Source: Callorhinchus milii
Taxonomy: Eukaryota
Direction of reading: 5' to 3'
DNA: 64,000 bases
NCBI RefSeq assembly: GCF_018977255.1
Contig: NW_024704766.1
Location: 3,100,001-3,164,000 of the forward strand
Both the position numbers and the translations under genes were made by a program. The notes under the pieces are model-generated. The model searched no databases. It was not told the DNA's origin and saw only the letters and a program-made list of their open reading frames with translations. This document shows positions 36,996-49,258 of the stretch, one piece after another (positions within the stretch are counted from its first letter, which is position 1; every line of letters begins with the position of its first letter).

Positions 36996-37739
36996 CCAGA
37001 GGCTGCAAAATAAATAAGCAAAATAAACAGGACAAGTCTCAGAATTAAGTCTCTTAGAGACATTCATCAGAAAACGCAAGAGCATTTACATCAACGCTTT
37101 TTAAGATGATTCCCATCTATCGAGTTACCACAGCGGTGTAACACACTGTGAACTATTTATTCTATGGCAAAGCCATTTATATTTTGTATGTTGTAACACC
37201 AGAGTGTCACTGTGCAAATATAGTTGCAAGGTTTGAAGATTAATCAATCACTGGAATTACCTTGCTCATGGCATATATAGAATTGGATCAGTTTCACTCA
37301 CTTGCCAGTATAATTAGAAATAATATTGCCATTTTGAATTATGTTCGAAACGTCTTATATATTTTAACTATAATATAAAACTGGGATCAGCGCCATATGA
37401 CAGCAGTCACTAATCATGATCACGTATGCTTGGTCTTGGGAAACCTCGGAAAACTGCAAATTCCAAAGGGCAATTAATTTTCCTGCGCTACACGACTTTC
37501 TATTTTTAATTATACTGGTAAATAAATGAAGCAAATCTAATTGAGTACATTCTGTAAGCAATGTGATTCAAAGGACCAGTCTGATTAATTGCACCATGCT
37601 CGCTTACACAAGGTATCTCCTGGCCCCAGTCTTGAAAAGGAGCAATCTGCACTAATGGAATTAAGAGCCCAACTTGTCCTTGTGTGTGTTTTACAAAAAA
37701 ATTAACATTACAAGCTTAACATTTTAAGCAAATTCTTAC

Positions 37740-37835
37740 GGGTGGAGGGGGAGGAGTACCTCTGGTTCAGTGAAAGCTCCTCACTGTTCCAATTTGATGT
37801 CAGTTGGGTCCAATACGATTCCATTCCATTTACAT
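37740..37835 (-). other. Candidate spliced exon (96 nt, frame-preserving)
   Basis: aattttag| ... CCC|gtaaga; open frame VNGMESYWTQLTSNWNSEELSLNQRYSSPST; unrecognised. Confidence 0.2.
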
Positions 37836-38149
37836 CTAAAATTCTATTTCATGGTGAAGTATTTGGAACCAATGTGGACATTTCTCATCACAACCGCACT
37901 GAGGGTTTGCAAACTTATCAGGAAATCTGCAATCCTGTTGGGAAATCAGACTCTCCGTCTCATTTGCCTGTACAATCCAGTCTCTTTATATGGACTGCTC
38001 TTACAATTAAAAGGTTCCCGGCTTTTCCCTTCCCTTGGATTCTAATTGAATCTCAAGTCAGAAGCTTTGCATGAGGGAAAAGTCAACGAAAATGCCACAA
38101 ATGGAAATTATATTTCTAGGAAAGGGGGAGGGAGGAGGAATTTGCCCTT

Positions 38150-38390
38150 TCATAGAATCGTCACCATTATGGCGCAGACCTTCAGCCCATCAATCCTGTG
38201 CTACGCCCCAAAACTCTGCAACACTCTTCCTTTATCCCTCCGCCTCGCCCCCTTTCTCCCCATGTTCAGGTCGTACCTGAAGACCTTCCTCTTTGACCGT
38301 GGCTTCTGTCAACTCCCTCCTCAGCTCCTGTCAAGCGCTCTGGGATGCTACTGTGCACAACGCGTGCTATATGAATGCAAGTTGTTGTTC
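38150..38390 (+). mobile_element. L2-type 3' end
   Basis: ORF track YAPKLCNTLPLSLRLAPFLPMFRSYLKTFLFDRGF; tail gctatatgaatgcaag(ttg)n. Confidence 0.85.
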
Positions 38391-38394
38391 CTGG

Positions 38395-39060
38395 TTCCTG
38401 CTCTTCCCTTAGAGCTGTATCTGCTAATCCGATTCTCTCCCTCTTCATATTATTTATCTTCAAATAGTTGATTGATTTCTTTATCAATGCTGTAGGTCTC
38501 AGCTTCTAGCCATTCTTCTCCTTTGCTAATTACCTCAAATTGATACCCTCTGGTCACCGACTCTCCAATGGAAATAATTCCTCCCTGAAGACTCTATCAA
38601 AACACCTCATCGTTTTAAAGACTGCGCTCTACTCTCAACATTCTCTATTCCAGCAATAACAGGCCCAGTTCCCCCAGTCTCTGCTCTCAGGTCAAACCAC
38701 TCGACTCTGGTGTCAATGCCTCATTCTCCTACAAAGTTAATCCTGTGAAATGCTTTAAAACGTTTTGACAGTGTGATAAGTTGCTGTATCATATGCAAGG
38801 GTTATTATCATCGTCATAGCCGAGTAAATCTCCTCTGTCCCATTTCAATGGCCCTGACATCCTTCCTAAAGTTGGGTGACCGAAACTGGACGCGATATTC
38901 TGACTAACAGTTTATATAGATTAAGCATTATCTCTTTGGTATTTTATTCCTACTCCTATTTATAAAACCTAGGATCCCGTTAGCTTTCTTCACAGCTTTG
39001 TCCACCTGCGTTTCCTCCTTTACAGGTTGATGCACGTTAATCCCTCGGTTTCTCCTCGTC
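38395..39060 (-). mobile_element. Degenerate CR1 ORF2 fragment with a nested SINE tail (38725-38815)
   Basis: ttgggtgaccgaaactggacgcgatattc...tttataaaacctaggatcccgttagcttt reads on the minus strand as CR1 motifs KANGILGFI and EYRVQF.SP. Confidence 0.75.
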
Positions 39061-40211
39061 TATTCCTTTATATTAAATATTTTGCTTGATCTTCATCTGT
39101 TGGTCTTTCCGAACATATTAAGCATTCTCTCTGTGGAGAGAACTGTACTTATTTCCCTTCGGCTTCTGATTGGGTTAAATGCTTGTCTGCTATTGAATTT
39201 GGAATATAATATGAGAAAACACGAACAATTACAACTTTGACGATTGCGTTAGATTTATGTGACTTGCCCAGAAGGAGGCCTCGAATTCTTTAACAAACAA
39301 ACTGTCTGTAACCAATGTAAAAAAATCTATGGAGCATCGCTAGGATTTTAAGGGGTTGCTCCCTATTCTCTAAGTTCTGCCATTAACTCCGTAAATATTA
39401 CCACGGAATTTCGGTTGCCACAACCCATGCATATTAACGCAACAAGATTAGCTCTTGTCAGTTTCAATTATTCTTGTTAAACTGTTTAAAATATGTCCCT
39501 GTTGACCACTGCGCTGTTCTGTTGTTTTTCTATCTGGATCATGTATTAATCAGAAACTCTTAATTGCTTTTAAAGAGGGTTCATTAACGACGCTCGGAAG
39601 ATTTCCAGAAGCAAAGGTTCAAATGTTTATGTCGGCTCCGGTGGGGGTGCGGGGGGGCTACCCTATTGAGCTACCCTGGTCAGATCCACATTAGCTGCTT
39701 CCAATTCAAGAGGTTCAGTGTGTGGGCCCTTACATTATAAATATACAGATGTTGTGCTACAGCTGTCTCCAACAACTCCAGCTGTTTTGATACTCGTACA
39801 ATAGACAAACGACTTTGTGAAGCACTTCGAGGTCCTCTTGACCCGAGAGCCCGCAATCTCAGACGCGAGGATTTTTATTTCATTGTGCATGTCTGACGTG
39901 CTTTGGACCAGAACAACATTTATGCAGCGTCTCTCACGTAAAAGAACAGCTCGAACCACTTGACATAGTGCGGCGGTGCAGATTGAACAGATAAACGAGA
40001 GACTTAAAGATAAATACAGGAAACTGCTGATAACTCTTCACTCCAAAGGAAAGGGGCTCAGTGGTGAGTTATCTGGAGTGACGAGTTAGGCGTATGTCTA
40101 ATACTTTTTAGAGGTATTTGCACACAGCAATGCAATGGTCCACCAACACAGAGCAACCCCGCTGCTATCAAAACTGCGCAGAGGCTTGTGCCTGGCCAGA
40201 GTTACCTGTGC

Positions 40212-40425
40212 TTACCTACCCCCTCCCTTGCCTCCTTCAAGACCCATCTCAAGACCTTCCTCTTCGACTGTGCCTTCGGTCACCCTCCTTACCTCTCCCC
40301 TCCTCACCCACCACCCCTCCTGATCCCAACCACCAGCTCGGGTTCTGATCCCTGACTGTCCAGCACCTTGCAATGTCCTCCTGATGTGAAAGGCGCTGTA
40401 CAAATGTAATTTGTTGTTGTTGTTA
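40212..40425 (+). mobile_element. L2 LINE 3' end
   Basis: cccttgcctccttcaagacccatctcaagaccttcctcttcgactgtgccttcggtcacc...tgtgaaaggcgctgtacaaatgtaat(ttg)n. Confidence 0.9.
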
Positions 40426-41604
40426 ACTGGAGCATCAGGGCAGATCAGATCGCTTCAATTAGTCACTGCAGATCAGCGCCAAATGCAGACGGAATGGATG
40501 GAAAGAGGTCAATAATTCTTGGGAGGCCCAAAGCTTTCCCTCGGTGTTGCTTCTGGAGGTTCTCTATGAACTTCTGCAAAAGCTATGAAAACGTCGTGTA
40601 ACGGCTGCAGTTTGACATGAAGAAATAAATCACCAGTAACCACGCAGAGAAAGGGTTGGGCCAGCCGACATTCCAGAACCTCTGTAACCCAACCGTAGAA
40701 AACTGATCCCATATTCTCCATCTGAAAGATAATGCAAACAATGTTTACAACGCTGAAATAACACAGACATGGAGAAAGAAAGAAATCAACTTCGAAAAAA
40801 AGTAGGAATTCCAGGGCAACGTAAGGAATGGCTGGAAACACAAAACACCAGATTGTATTTGCCATTGAGATGTCGGAATGGAATTTTTAGCACTGGGTGT
40901 TCTTTTCATTTAAAAACGCACAACGTTGGGGTATTTTTGAAAACGAATATCGGCTTTTTTTCTGGAGCACGACACAAGCGAAATGTTTGAAAAGCTCCAA
41001 CAATATGCAATTGTGGTTTCGGGATTGTAATTCTAATTGTTTTATTAATTAGATAGTTTCACCCTTTAGAAAAGTGACGGGTCTCCATTGTACACTGTAA
41101 GAGCACTGCAATTACAGGATTTTGGCTTCTGTGACAGCTGGCTACGACTGGCACTTTAACTGTCGCTGATACTTCTATTATTAGAATATATGTACAGATT
41201 AATGTTTGCCACACGAGGGCCACTGCTCTTGCAAATTGCACCATTAAAGGTTTCATTTGCATATAAAATTAGTCTAATTGTAATTAAATCATTTTTTCAG
41301 CAACAAGAAGTTCCTAACAAAAACCTCCTTGAAGAAGATAAATCTTAAAGTCTTTGTAATTTCAATCATCTCACATTGTAGTGCGGGATGGAAGGGAAGG
41401 GGGAGCTAATGGGCATTTCTGTTGAGTAATTGCACTGGAATCCAGCGCCTTGGGATGTCCTTCCGGTGTGAAAGGCGCTATAACAAATGTAATTCTGGAT
41501 TGAATTGTAATCCAAACACACAAATAAAAAGTAACTCTCAAACAGGTCCTGAGTACAGCCTGTAATCTTGTGTTTCTTGTGCTTTTAAATCAAAAACAGT
41601 TAGA

Positions 41605-41950
41605 TAATGATAATGATAATGATAATAATAATCCTTGATAGAATGTCTTTCACTCCAGGAGTCTGTCTCAAAGTGCTTCACAGGAGCCACGGTAAAGTTT
41701 AGTGAGTGTGTGGTTTGTAGGAAGACACAGGAGCCAATTTTGCACACAGCAGTGTCCCACAAACAGCCATGAAGAGAATGATCAGTTTTTATCTGGGACA
41801 TTGTTAGCCTTAATCCCGGGAGAAAGTCCTGTCTCTTTTCATATAGTACTACGCGATCTTTAACACAGGATAGAGTCTAAGAGCACTGCACAGTGGTAGA
41901 ACCTTGTACAACCTTCTGACTCAGAGTTCAACTGACTAACCCAGCCTGAA
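41605..41950 (-). mobile_element. Degenerate type B Deu-SINE
   Basis: Reverse complement of tail, Deu body and head (acaaccttctgactcagag). Confidence 0.8.
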
Positions 41951-42067
41951 ACCGCAACCTTATCCAAAGTGCTGACATTTCCCAGCACATTTAATGGCTC
42001 GAATAGTTTATTCAATCGTCGTCTGCGTGTGACACAGCCAGAGTCATCAATTGGAATTCAACATATG

Positions 42068-45000
42068 TTACACGTCTGGATTAAGTGTTCTATATTCAGA
42101 CCACAAAGCAATGCACATGTGATTTGGCGCTGCTGTTTTAGGACTGCGAGATTGGATGAGTTGTGGCCCATCAGCAATGCTAGGAATCTGCAGCATTGCC
42201 CTTGACAATGCAATCTCCTCGTCCAAGTCAGCCACCCATCCCTCTTCCAGGGTCATTCTCCACATTGCTACGATTCCAATGTCATTTTTGAAGACCTCGG
42301 CAAGCTGCTCTGAAAATCACAGCACCATAATAACCAGAGACAGTATTCTGTGTGCTTATGTTATGCCCACCTAATCTGTAGTGTTGGTAATAGTGATGAG
42401 TCGCTTCATCACGGTTGATATTTCTTTAAGAGCGCTGAGTGAATATCTTAGGTTATACAGCGATCAAAAACAGATGGTGAACTATTGGTATGTCCAAGGC
42501 TTGGGATATGTGGGATGCACAAATGTTCGGGAAGGGTTAGTGTTAGTAAGAGGCTGATTCCCTTGTGAGTCCTGCCCACATGGGAATGTTGAGAGAGACA
42601 CTACATTTCACAGCTGAACAGACAGGTGTTTGTCTACGAGTGAACGTGGTCGCTTGCCAAGCTGTGCTACACCAAGCCGGGCATTTGCTTGCTCTCAGGC
42701 TCAGCAACAGACCCAAAACAACTGTGTTTCGCTTCAATTACCTCCCTATCGCAGTTTATTATTTTCAGAACCTCTAGATCTTACTTAGTGAAGAGCACTT
42801 TCCTCGTCTCGTCTGAAACTCGTGGGCGTATATATCTCTCTCTCTCTCCCGTTCAGTCATTCAGTGCCATGCTCAAGAGGAAATATCTGTTTTTCCTTTG
42901 GAATGTGTGTTGATTAAAGGCATAATTGGTTTCATGGCTCAATTAGAAACTGCTTATTATGCTGGATAAGCATCAACATGTGTTAATGGTTTTTCTTTTC
43001 CTCCAGTAAAAATATTTGCCTTCCACTGGCTGATTTTCTTTAGTTGGCGGAGATTCATATTCCGGCTGATGATTCGCTGTAACAACAACTCACTGCCAGG
43101 CAGGGAGCAGAATTCCCACTCCGACATGAATGGACTGTTGGATTCCATTGATAAACAGACCTGCGGAAAGGTTATGCATTTAAAACCAATGTAACTACCC
43201 GTATAAGGTTTGTGATCTTCCAGAGGTGGTTCACAAGCAAGGCCAGGGTCTGATCAAGAATAACCACATCCATCCTAACATTATCCGAGCTGGTGGTTGG
43301 GATCAGGAGGGGTGGAGGGTGGGGAGGGGAGGGGTAGGAGGGTGACCGAAGGCGACTGAAGTTAATCCTCAAACCTCTTCCTACTAACAACAAAGCCCAG
43401 TCCCGCTGCTCCCCTCCGCACTGATTCCAGCGTCGAGCTGTTGGCTTTTGTCACAGCGAGTTGAATTGTAAGCAGAGCTTGAGGTGTGGGTTGACCAGAG
43501 TGACGTACAGCTTCGGGCTAACATGGGGAATTTGAATGCAAATTACTTGACACTTAATACAGAAAATAGATTAATTTCAGCAAGGTGGATTATTACTGAC
43601 CCGCGTAGCAAAGCGGGCAAGCTTCAGACTGCCAGCCATGTGTACATTACCCAAACCATCGCCTGCACACACTGCAGACTCCGTCCACTTCAATCTGTGA
43701 CTAATGGATTTCAATCAGAGTTTTTAATTTGCTGTTGGAGTAACCTCAGTTTCAATTCAAATTTAATTTACGTGAGGGCCTTAGCACTTTGCCAAGTCGT
43801 ATCCATTGTGGATGAGACATTGCAGCTGTCCTCAGTTTCAAATAACGTCTACAGACATCCAGACTCCTCGCTGAGTAAAAGGCGATTCCATTCTCTTAAT
43901 TTATGTTCTTTTCTTGTAAATATTTGCTCTCGTCAAGATGAGGGGTGGCTAGGGCTGGTGAATGGAACGACTACTCTCTGTTTGACCCCCCACCCTGGCC
44001 CCAGCATTCAGCACTCGGTCACATAAAACAGCGAAAGAAGAAACTTTTATTTTTCTAACGCCTTATCGCAACAAAGGCATCTCAAAGTGCTTTACACTGC
44101 ACGCTGTCAAGTTTGTGAAGTCAAACTTGGCAGCGGGAGCATCAGCCTGGACCACAAACTTAGTCTCCGACATGGGGTTTGAATCCGTATCCTTCTGATC
44201 CAGAGGATAAATAGTTTCCCACCGAACCAGCCCTGTGCGGGGAAGAAGCATGCTCCGCTTAAACAATCTCTATTAGCCCTGGGATCAGTGGGGAATCTTT
44301 CACTAGATTGGTTATTTTACTTCAAATTTGCCCACTTACGGCAAATTTAAATCCAATTTAGGGCAGATTTGAGGCTTTGACTCTTGCCAATGAAGAGCTA
44401 CGTGGCTGATGGCAGTGTCCTGTGTGGTGTCGCCCCACACTCCAGGGTAGAAAAAAGAGAAACTCCCTTTTTTCTTTTTTTGCAGTGGTGGCCGTCCTTC
44501 GGACAAGAGGTTACAACGAGGAGAAATCGACCCGTTCAAGGTGGACGTTAAAGATTCCATGGCGCGATTTGAAAAGAGAGGGGATTTTCTCTCAGTGTCC
44601 CGGCCAACCATCCCCCAGGTAACATTGATCATTTACTTTGTGGCTGTTTATTGAGACATTGCTGTGTGTAAATTGGCTGCTGTGTTTGCTAACAACAAGT
44701 GCAATCACTGCACTTTACAGTAAATCCTGGGAGAATATCCTTTGACATGTAAGGCACTGTATCAAACGCAAGGCTTGGTATTATTATAAAACTGAGATTG
44801 CCCACACTCATGTCAGATAGCGCTCCTGTGTTCCTCCCAGTGGGGAAACAGATTCCATTAGTCTGACCTGGATCTCAGCCCAGTCTCCACAAATGACAGT
44901 CGGAGAAAAGTGTATAAAATTGCCAAGTGGAGACTCGCTATCAGTGACCTCCACGAATATTAAAGCTGTTGTTTCAAAAACTATTTTTATATATAAAGGC

Positions 45001-47028
45001 AGAACAAATCGTTTTTCTTCCTCGGTGTCTCTCCTGGTGCTCACTGTGCCTTGTGTTGTACTTTGCTTCTATGTTATCCGATGCTTAAATGCTTCGAAGC
45101 GCTAAATAAATCCAAGTTGTTGTCGCAGTTGTTGTTGTAGTTGTCATACCTGTTTTGGGAGCACCCGATGTTGATTTGAGGCTGTGCCTAAAGGCACAAA
45201 AGCTGAGTCAACCGCAGGTCTTCTCTGCTCTGCAAAAGGTCCCGTCCGTCGATTCAGGTGAACACTATCACCTTATCTCAAAGCGCTTCAGGAGATTTGC
45301 TGGAAAGTGCAGTGACCGTGCATTTTGGAGGCAAACACGGCAGCCAATTTGCACGTAAGAACGTCCCACAAACAGCCACTAATTAAGTGATCGATATTTA
45401 ATCTGGGAGATCCGTGGGTAAGGAAATCGGGAGAAGTTCCTTTCTCTTCTTGAGTAATCTCCTGGAATTCACAAGATGGTGGCGGCAGGAAAGGCTGAAG
45501 GCCCGGACACCAAAGGTAGAGGTGGCTAGATGGAGGAACGTGGAGTAAGCTGGTGCCCCCATGTGGAGGGAGCAGGCAGGTTGGTAAGTGTTAGCAGGTC
45601 ACCAAGGTAGGTAGGAGATTCCTTGTGCGTGAGCTAGTCTTCTGAAGGGTTAAGTTGGATAAGCCCTTCAGCCCATCTGATCTCAACCCTCCAGAACACC
45701 CACCCTTCCCATCTTCCCATTACAGATCACTGAACCAATTTTTATTTGGTGGATTGTTGGCCAAGACACTGAGAGAAACTCCCCTTTTTCTTAGAATGTG
45801 CCAAGGGACCTTTCACCTGATCAGGCAGACAGGACCTCAGTTTAACATCTCATCTGAAGGACGGCACCTCCAAAAACTGCAACCCCAGCACGGCATTTGT
45901 GCATCCAGCCAGCCCAAGACCGTGAGAGTTCAGAGGCCTGTCGTGGGGCTTGAATTCACGATCTTCTGACCTTTTGACATTAAAGATGTTAAGGTGCCAT
46001 TTCAAAATTGTCCTTCGTTCCTGCCCAATGTTCCTTCCTCATCCCAGTCAAACCAGAACCTTTTTTGTATACGTTGCTGATGCACATTTGCCATAAATGT
46101 CATTACACATCAGAATAGTTTATTGGGTGAAGTGCTTAGGACGTTTCGAGGTGATAAGACACTCGATTGAAAGCAAGTATTATTTCTTATAACGGGTCAC
46201 CACTAGGCAACCTAAGGTGATGTGGTCTGAATTTTTCTGCTCCTATCCGCTCAACTAACCTGTAGCTTGGTGGTTAGAACACATGACTCGCAAGGGCGAA
46301 ACGTTGGGCAAGTTTCCTTACTTCACACGCCTCTGTTCACCTAGCAGTAAGTGGAAATGTGGTTGTTAGTCGATTGGTGGATCACTTTTCCGGAGAGAAT
46401 AATCCCTCATAAAAAATGTGGCCACTCAATCCACGCCTGTTTGTGGGACGCTGCTGTGTGCAATTAGCTGCCGCATTTCACCCCAAAACATACAGTCAAT
46501 TCAATGTAAGACGTCTCGAAGGCGTGATAAGTCACAATATCAAATGTAAGGATTATTATTGCTAACTTGCTGGTTCCACTGTAGTTGTTGGGATGAGGAG
46601 CTCAGTGAGAAGGGACTTACTGGCACAAACCCATATCTGAACCATTCCGTGGCACAGTGCCTCAGTGCGTCAAAATGCAATGGACCCAGTACATCACTTC
46701 CCAACTTGTCGTCGTTAAACTTTTAAACTCCTAATTAAAGACCGGGTGACAGCCATCATTCTGCAGTTGTGGGGGGGTCTGAAAAGATCCTGATTGCGAA
46801 CATATTCTGCGGTTGACACATCAAGTGCAGCAGTGCTTTTTGTCAGTGTGTGTGTGTGTGTGTGACACGTGTGTAGAACTTGAGCAGGCTGCATGTACTA
46901 TTCCCCGAACTCACACTGCATCCGTTGAGGATGTATGGAGGCTTGTGCAACACAATGGACCCTTTCTCTTACTCCAAAGGCAGGCTAACACCGGAGTCCT
47001 GGTGTTTGAGGTGTTAGCGACCCGGCTG
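42068..47028 (-). CDS. Hypothetical spliced gene, 3' part (candidate exons 47028-46915, 45187-45150, 44965-44868, 43848-43772, 43694-43601, 43160-43094, 42309-42068); product unknown
   Basis: All introns are GT-AG. The chain keeps one open frame over 730 nt, ends in TAA at 42070-42068, and has AATAAA at 42012-42007 on the minus strand. Splice sites were chosen by hand among alternatives and no homolog is recognised. Confidence 0.3.
44484..44787 (+). mobile_element. Type B Deu-SINE, head missing
   Basis: gtgccgtccttcggac...ggtggacgttaaagattccatggcgcgatttgaaaagag..., plus tail. Confidence 0.85.
45463..45665 (-). mobile_element. L2 fragment sharing its truncation junction with the 48.2 kb copy
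   Basis: aggctgaaggccc...ggagggagcaggcaggttggtaag matches L2 (compare 7320-7445); the flank is shared with 48350-48410. Confidence 0.75.
46259..46560 (+). mobile_element. Type A SINE (deletion in head)
   Basis: cctgtagcttggtggttagaacac...gttgggcaagtttccttacttcacacgcctctgttcacctagcagtaagt, Deu 3' part and tail. Confidence 0.88.
46846..46864. repeat. (TG)n microsatellite
   Basis: Visible dinucleotide run. Confidence 0.9.
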
Positions 47029-47109
47029 CTAAGAACACACAAGAACAAGAGTTCCGAATTGACCTTGGCTTTCAAGCCAGGGTTTGTCAATGGAGAGACA
47101 TTCTGTCGC

Positions 47110-47375
47110 ACAACCAGCCAAGAAAGATGAAAGGGGCTTGACAGGCATCATAAATGACATAATGAAAGCAAACCGAGTCGTTGGCTGTATGCTCAGAGGA
47201 AAAGATTACCAAAATAGGGAGGTAATGTTGCATTCTTCTAAAACCTTGGTTAGACCACACTTGGTGTTCTTTGTACAGTCGTGGTTTTGGCATATTACGG
47301 GAAGGTTATTGTAGCATTGGACGGATTACAGTGTAGATGTACAAGGATGTTATCAGGGTATGAATCTAATGAGAA
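47110..47375 (+). mobile_element. CR1 ORF2 fragment
   Basis: ORF track KANRVVGCMLRGKDYQNREVMLHSSKTLVRPHLVFFVQSW matches the CR1 motif KANRMLGxIxRxIxYKSxEVMLxLYKTLVRPHLEYCVQFW. Confidence 0.88.
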
Positions 47376-47378
47376 CGA

Positions 47379-47558
47379 TTATAATAATAATCCTTGCATT
47401 TGATGTAGCGGCTTATCATGTCTTTGAAACGTCTTAAAGAACTTCAGAGAATGTACTGTAAAATGAATTGACTGTATTTGTTGTTGGCGAAAGCCGGCAG
47501 CCAGTTGCGCAAAACAGTGTCCCACAAACAGTCGTGGATTGAGTGACCAATGATAATT
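47379..47558 (-). mobile_element. 5'-truncated type A SINE
   Basis: Reverse complement of tail plus Deu 3' part. Confidence 0.88.
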
Positions 47559-47797
47559 ATTTGGTTTTGATTGCACAAGGTTGTAGCTTTTCGATCTAAA
47601 GTTGAGAGCATTGACAGGGCTGCTATATGAATGCAAGTTGTTGTTGTTGGTGGTGGTGGTGTTCTGAATGACCTGTTACCGTGCTGTATCACTCTATGTA
47701 GTTCTATGTAATCAACAAATTCAGATAAGCCAGGTCATAAATTCACCTCTCTCAATGGTGCAGTGTTTATTCCTAACAATCAGTGACAGCCTCATAC

Positions 47798-47905
47798 CTG
47801 CCTGCGATGAAGTCTGAGTGTTTCACTCGCATACACATTGGAATTTCTTCTTATAAATCCCCCCAGGTCCTGATCCTGCCTTTGTAATGTGGTTGGCTCC
47901 TTGAT
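47798..47905 (-). other. Candidate spliced exon (108 nt, phase 0-0)
   Basis: tactgacag| ... CAG|gtatga; only one frame is open, IKEPTTLQRQDQDLGGFIRRNSNVYASETLRLHRRQ; it is not in phase with the 47028 exon. Confidence 0.25.
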
Positions 47906-47997
47906 CTGTCAGTATCAATGTATAGTGCAACTTGGATATCAAATAGTGGCTTTTTATCGATATGAATTAGGGTGTATTGCTGACTGTCTATGCTGTA

Positions 47998-48355
47998 CAA
48001 CACCACAAATTACATTTATATAGTGCCTTTCACGTCAGGAGGATGTCCCAAGGCATTGGGCAGTCAAGGGTTTGTGCCCGAGCTGGGGGTTGGGATCCAG
48101 TGGAGTGGGGAGTGATGGTGGGAGGATGACCACCATGGTCAAAGAGGACGGTCTTGAGGTGGGCCTTGAAAGAGGGCAAGCGAAGGGGCAAGGGGATTCA
48201 AGGGTGGAGTTCAAGACGGTGAGGGCAGAAAGGCTGAAGGCCCGGGCACCAAAGGTGGAGGTGGCTAGAGCGGGGGACGTGAAATAGGCCAGTGCCCACC
48301 AAGTGGAGGGAGCAGGCAGGTTGGTAAGGTGTTAGCGGGTCACCGAGGTAGGGAG
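47998..48355 (-). mobile_element. L2 LINE 3' end
   Basis: acaaattacatttatatagtgcctttcacgtcaggaggatgtcccaaggc...ggtcttgaggtgggccttgaa is the reverse complement of the L2 end. Confidence 0.88.
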
Positions 48356-48933
48356 GAGATTCCGTGTGTGTGGGTCTAGTCTTCTGAAGAGATAGTGTTA
48401 TGTGGATAATTCAGCAAAGTCTCTCCGCAGTGGGGAATGTGGATCAGGTTGTAAGTGTGTTGCAGATGTAACTGACGATGTGCATTTCAGAAAGGCATTG
48501 CTTACCCTTTCTTCCCATTATTATATCATTAAAAAAAAAGTAACGAAACCAACATTCACTGTCAGGCAGCAGAATAACCTTACAAATCACAACAGGCTGC
48601 AACACAAAGCTCCCGAATCTGAGAGACGTCACATCTTATTTAAGAAATCCTTCAAAATTGACTGAAATAATTCCATTGTGGAGCAGAGGTGAGAAACATA
48701 AAAGATGAATGAAATGGCCGAGACAAGCACATAATGCTTCCAGTTCACACAGCGCTGGCGGTCTCATTGTTTGTGGTACATTGCTGTCCACAAATTGGCT
48801 GCTGTGTTTGCCGACAAATTAGCAAACACATCACTTAACTATACAATCCTATGCAGCAATATGTGACACCCTTCCAACGTGAAAAGGTACTACATTAAGT
48901 GCAAAGATTATTCTAACAAGTTGGCCATTTTTG

Positions 48934-49258
48934 CATGTCTGCCCTGGTTCAGTGGTCATACTCTCGCCTCTCTGAGTCGGATGGTTGTGAGTTCAAGCCC
49001 CACATCAGGACTTGAAACCCAAATAGTCTATGCCGACACTCCGATGCAGTGCTGGGTTGTTCTGCTTTGTCGGAGGTGCCATCCTTCGGGTGAGATTATT
49101 ATCTGCCAGTTCAGGGGTATGTTAAAGATCCAAATAGCTCTATTCAAAAAGAGTTGCTCCCTGGGTCCTGGCCAACAATCCCCTAAATAAAATCGGTCAC
49201 TCACTCCACGGCTGTTTCTGGGACATTGCTGTGTTTCACCATAAAATGCACAGTCACG
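48934..49258 (+). mobile_element. Type B Deu-SINE
   Basis: ctctcgcctctctgagtcggatggttgtgagttcaagccccac head plus Deu body. Confidence 0.85.

Noticed and set aside
43772-43871. Alternative frame RSLDVCRRYLKLRTAA resembling doublecortin-type repeats
   Set aside because: The downstream residues lack the expected RRxF/YxxDG motif, and the phase does not connect to the next candidate exon.
43484-44026. 180-aa plus-strand ORF, the longest in the track
   Set aside because: It has a non-ATG start, no recognisable domain and no convincing flanking splice sites, and it overlaps minus-strand candidates.
46621-46730. Exon candidate LHFDALRHCATEWFRYGFVP with a gtaagt donor
   Set aside because: The only good acceptor gives stops in all frames, so it was left out of the gene model.
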